A DNA stretch of 47,142 nt, taken from positions 1 to 47,142 of the forward strand of contig CANQAW010000001.1 in the NCBI GenBank assembly GCA_947589525.1, read 5' to 3'. The notes beneath the pieces were generated by a model. That model saw only the letters and a list, made by a program, of their open reading frames with translations. It was not told where the DNA came from and made no database searches. This document shows positions 44,211-47,142 of this stretch, in pieces. This DNA is from Candidatus Gastranaerophilales bacterium. GTDB lineage: Bacteria; Cyanobacteriota; Vampirovibrionia; Gastranaerophilales; Gastranaerophilaceae. Within the stretch, counting starts at the first letter, position 1, and every line of letters starts with the position of its first letter. Made by a program: the position numbers and the translations under genes.

Positions 44211-46220
44211 TTAATCTCCATACATATTTATATATTCATCACTTTTCATATAGCTGACTAGCCACTTTCTATCTTCTTGATTTATTGTTCCGTTGCTCAT
44301 TAGCCATTCAAATTTTTCATAATTTGAATTAAAAAACGGTCTGTTCATTTGCTGTTCACGAGGTGTTTTCTTGCGTTCTTTTTTAGGTTTTTCTTCAATT
44401 TGTTGTTCCAATTCTTCTATTTCTAAAACAGGCTCTGCCTCAATTTCCAGAAGCTGTATTTCTTCTTTAGGGAAAGTCTTTTTAACTTGTTTAATCAGCC
44501 TGTGTTTTAATTGTTGTTGCTTTTGGTACTGATACTTGTATTCTTCCATTTCCTTGACCGTTCCAAGAACTCCCGCCATCGGATGAACTTTTTGAACCCT
44601 ATGAGCTACGCATAAAAACTCACCTTTTGTTGAATACACGTGTATTTTTGAAAGGTCAAATAAACTGTATCGGATATTTACTTTGTCCCTAATCCCAATA
44701 ATAGCCTCACTTCTGTAATGCATATTCAAGAATGTTATTCCATGTCTATTGATTGTTCTGCATTCTGTTTTCATCATTAAATCATCCAAGACTTGAGGAT
44801 TAATATTGTGTTTTTGAACGCTGTCTAACATCTCTTGAATAGTTTTTGAACGGTCATTAGGACAAAGATTTTTGTTGTGAAATTTAATCCATCCGTTAAT
44901 ATATTTTATTGTTTCTTGTACTGTCGGGATGTGGTTATTCGTCAGTTTTTTATGCCATTCTTCGTGTAACTTCTCACCCCGTTTTAACCACGCAGGTTTA
45001 TCTTCAATACAAGTTCCGATATAGCTTGGCATTCCTTTTTCAAATTCTTCCTGAAATTCCCTGAAAAATCTCTCAATGACTTTGGCTCGTGCATTATACG
45101 GTTTTGCAAAAACGGAGTGAATGTTTAAATTTGCATACACTCCGTTAAATAGATCTTCTTCAAAGTCTGTATTTTGAAAAAACCTCGATTTAAACGCTTT
45201 GCCGTTATCTTGATATACGACCTTTGGAAGCATTCCGAGATTGATGATTGAGTTTCGCAAGGCGGATGCAATACATTGTGTGCTTTCAGTCATCATAATC
45301 TCATACCCGACAAGTGCTGTAGATTTCCAATCTAAAAAACCGACAAGAGTTGCTCTTGTCGGTCTGCCAGTAAACGGATTAATCACTTGAAAATTCAAAA
45401 CGTGTCCGTCTGCGACTAAAATATCTCCTACCTCAATTTTTGAAATATCTCTTTCGATATACGGTTCAACTTTGTCGTGATATGCTTTCATTCCCTCTCT
45501 GCGTAAAATCCATTCTGCGTAATTGTTCTTTCTAAAATTCTCGGCAAATCTTTTAAAAGATAAATCACAAGGCAATTCTTCATATCCTCTTTTTCTCAAA
45601 ATTTCTTTTGTGAGTTTTATTGCTTTTCCGTAATTATACTTGCTTGGATGGAGTAACAGGGTTAATAAAATGTTTCTCATTTCATCATTTAAAATTGAAT
45701 TGTATTCTCCCTGTTTTGACCATTTGTATTTTGGTTGTAAACACTCTGTTGATTCGTGTTTTTCAAATGCTCTAACCCAGCGATGTAAAGTTCCGATTGA
45801 TATGCTTCCGATAAAACTATATGCCTTTGGAAGATACAATCCCGAATTATACAACTCTAAAAATGTTGTGTCTGCCTCTTTTTTAGTCGGATATTTTTTG
45901 CGAAGTTTTTGTAATGCTACGACAATATTCGCTCTATAATTTGCTGTTAGTTTTGTTTTATCCGATATAAAATCAGGTTCTTTGTAATTATGAGGTACGA
46001 GTGCTGTTGTTTTATTTTCAGCCTCTCTGAGTTTCTTTTGTATCTCAGGCTCTAAACTTGAAAACAATATTTCATAACTTGTTCCACCATTGACCTTAAT
46101 TTCACGAGAAATATATTTACTCTCGATTTTATTTAGTTCCAATCGGAGTGAACGAGTCGAGGTTAATCCTTTTGCCTCTGCCACATCCTTAATATTAATA
46201 TATTTATTATCTTCATTCAT
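44211..46220 (-). CDS. second Mu-type DDE transposase
   Basis: 669 aa. N-terminal HTH (..INIKDVAEAKGLTSTRSLR..) and a DDE core: ILVADGHVLNF .. VVYQDNGKAF .. YNARAKVIERFF. Confidence 0.8.
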   Translation of the reverse strand: MNEDNKYINIKDVAEAKGLTSTRSLRLELNKIESKYISREIKVNGGTSYEILFSSLEPEIQKKLREAENKTTALVPHNYKEPDFISDKTKLTANYRANIVVALQKLRKKYPTKKEADTTFLELYNSGLYLPKAYSFIGSISIGTLHRWVRAFEKHESTECLQPKYKWSKQGEYNSILNDEMRNILLTLLLHPSKYNYGKAIKLTKEILRKRGYEELPCDLSFKRFAENFRKNNYAEWILRREGMKAYHDKVEPYIERDISKIEVGDILVADGHVLNFQVINPFTGRPTRATLVGFLDWKSTALVGYEIMMTESTQCIASALRNSIINLGMLPKVVYQDNGKAFKSRFFQNTDFEEDLFNGVYANLNIHSVFAKPYNARAKVIERFFREFQEEFEKGMPSYIGTCIEDKPAWLKRGEKLHEEWHKKLTNNHIPTVQETIKYINGWIKFHNKNLCPNDRSKTIQEMLDSVQKHNINPQVLDDLMMKTECRTINRHGITFLNMHYRSEAIIGIRDKVNIRYSLFDLSKIHVYSTKGEFLCVAHRVQKVHPMAGVLGTVKEMEEYKYQYQKQQQLKHRLIKQVKKTFPKEEIQLLEIEAEPVLEIEELEQQIEEKPKKERKKTPREQQMNRPFFNSNYEKFEWLMSNGTINQEDRKWLVSYMKSDEYINMYGD

Positions 46221-46298
46221 GGTACAAACACCTTACCTCTGAAGTGGAAGAATTTGAACACCACTTCCGACCTTTGTGTCTGTTTTGTATCAATGAAA

Positions 46299-46324
46299 AA
46301 ACGAGGCTATTTCTAACCTCGTTT
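46299..46324 (-). terminator. terminator of the HU gene
   Basis: AAACGAGG-CTATTTCTAA-CCTCGTTT, flanked by an A run on one side and a T run on the other. It lies 25 nt downstream of the HU stop on the minus strand. Confidence 0.6.
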
Positions 46325-46348
46325 AAATTTTTTCTCTCTCATATTGAA

Positions 46349-46621
46349 TTATTTTACTAATTCTTTAAACTTTTTGCCGGCAGAGAATACAGGTACTGTT
46401 TTTGCTGCGATTTTAATCTCTTTACCTGTTTGTGGATTTCTTCCGTTTCTTGCTGCTCTTCTTCTTGATTCAAATGTTCCGAATCCTACAAGAGTAACTT
46501 TGTCACCTTTTTTAACTGTGTGTTGGATTGATTCAACGGTTGCTGATAATACTTCACTTACTGCTTTTTGAGATAGCTTTGTTGATTTTGCTATTTCTTT
46601 TACTAATTCTTCTCTATTCAT
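46349..46621 (-). CDS. hup: HU-family DNA-binding protein
   Basis: 90 aa. MNREELVKEIA..LSQKAVSEVL....ESI...V.KGDKVTLVGFGTFE.R.R.AR.GRNPQTG..I.I.A...P.F.AGK is the canonical HU/IHF signature. Confidence 0.9.
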   Translation of the reverse strand: MNREELVKEIAKSTKLSQKAVSEVLSATVESIQHTVKKGDKVTLVGFGTFESRRRAARNGRNPQTGKEIKIAAKTVPVFSAGKKFKELVK

Positions 46622-46750
46622 AACTAATCCCTTTCTTTTTATTTAATTATATATAACTTTAAAATATGTAGCAAACATGTTAAGTAGGAAAATTGAATGC
46701 AATAATTTTTTTGCAAAAATTACATCAATTACTCACACTTTTACTGTCCG

Positions 46751-46774
46751 AAAATAATCATACTATCCGTAAAT
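46751..46774 (+). repeat. repeat C copy 1
   Basis: AAAATAATCATACTATCCGTAAAT, 23/24 identical to copy 3. Confidence 0.85.
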
Positions 46775-46825
46775 TATCAACATGGCGTAAACTTCTGCTA
46801 TAATTGATTTTGAAAGCAATTTTAA

Positions 46826-46849
46826 AAAATAATCAAACTAACCGTAAGC
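46826..46849 (+). repeat. repeat C copy 2
   Basis: AAAATAATCAAACTAACCGTAAGC, 21/24 identical to copy 3. It shares the upstream TTTTAAAA extension with copy 3. Confidence 0.85.
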
Positions 46850-46938
46850 GAGTAAAAAAAGTTAAAATGTGTGTAGTTTGATTTTTTTACATTTTTTCAC
46901 TTCCGACCGCCAAAACTCAAACAACAAGCCACTTTTAA

Positions 46939-46962
46939 AAAATAATCATACTAACCGTAAAT
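46939..46962 (+). repeat. repeat C copy 3
   Basis: AAAATAATCATACTAACCGTAAAT. Confidence 0.85.
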
Positions 46963-47069
46963 AATCCATCTACTCGTTAAATAACACTTGCTTCGCTCCG
47001 TCCGTCCGCAAATCCGCTCGAACCCAGGACAAGGCTTCGCCTTGTCTGGGTTCGTACCACATTCCACAT

Positions 47070-47107
47070 AATAAGCGGTCTATCCCATAAGGGATAGACC
47101 GCTTATT
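47070..47107 (-). terminator. perfect 17-bp hairpin abutting the tRNA 3' end
   Basis: AATAAGCGGTCTATCCC-ATAA-GGGATAGACCGCTTATT, starting at the base after the tRNA discriminator. No clear U tract follows, so it could be a terminator or a processing structure. Confidence 0.5.
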
Positions 47108-47142
47108 CGGAGAGGGTGGGATTCGAACCCACGGTGAACTTT
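47108..47142 (-). tRNA. tRNA 3' portion (probably tRNA-Ser), truncated by the window edge
   Basis: The reverse complement reads ..AAAGTTCACCGTGGGTTCGAATCCCACCCTCTCCG. It shows a T stem GTGGG/CCCAC with a TTCGAAT loop, the acceptor 3' strand CCTCTCC and discriminator G. The GGAGAG-type acceptor with G73 fits Ser. The anticodon lies outside the window and CCA is not encoded. Confidence 0.75.

Larger units (their letters stand above)
42845..46292 (-). mobile_element. second transposition module (independent transposon, phage remnant/satellite, or part of the same prophage); extent uncertain
   Basis: Transposase, ATPase and a wHTH gene with no phage structural genes. The HU terminator begins at 46299, so a right end could lie at about 46292 (..GTCTGTTTTGTATCA). 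Confidence 0.45.

Noticed and set aside
1-47142. CRISPR arrays, rRNA genes, or a restriction endonuclease partner for the two methyltransferases.
   Set aside because: No regularly spaced direct repeats were found, and no rRNA-like sequence. No nuclease-like ORF lies adjacent to either methyltransferase.

Overview
Visibly AT-rich window in three parts. (1) 1-8837, minus strand: a translationally coupled polysaccharide (O-antigen/capsule-type) operon. It holds a HAD+GT2 fusion running off the left edge, three GT2 glycosyltransferases, rfbA, galE, glf and a fourth GT2. (2) About 8.9-42.7 kb: a Mu-like transposable myovirus prophage with a P2-type tail module. The early genes are on the minus strand: Ner-like HTH, MuA-type DDE transposase, MuB-type AAA+ ATPase, a small membrane ORF, GemA/gp16-like and Mor-like. 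A plus-strand late block holds gp27-like TerS, gp28-like TerL, a tail chaperone with a -1 frameshift, tape measure, gpU-X-D-V-W-J-I, fibres, an amidase and then an accessory cassette region. A divergent minus-strand block holds gpI-like protease/scaffold, capsid, DUF2190, gp36/gp37-like, sheath, tube, portal, a C5-MTase, MuF, an N6A-MTase, gpG and a 180-aa tyrosine recombinase. (3) 42.8-47.1 kb: a second, non-identical Mu/Tn552-type transposase + AAA ATPase + wHTH gene, an HU gene, a repeat-rich 490-bp spacer and the 3' part of a tRNA (probably Ser). Five things deserve a closer look. First, the accessory region 33.2-38.0 kb has a DUF4417 gene followed by three genes that share only an MGGRGSGGG N-terminus plus their RBS. 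Second, three copies of a structured intergenic element split small unknown genes in that region into cassettes. Third, there are two transposition modules in tandem. Fourth, 17-bp perfect inverted repeats lie beside the short recombinase, directly upstream of the polysaccharide operon. Fifth, the late gene order is non-canonical. Element boundaries could not be fixed by eye; several competing repeat sets are reported. All product calls come from motif recognition and memory of protein families, not from database searches.
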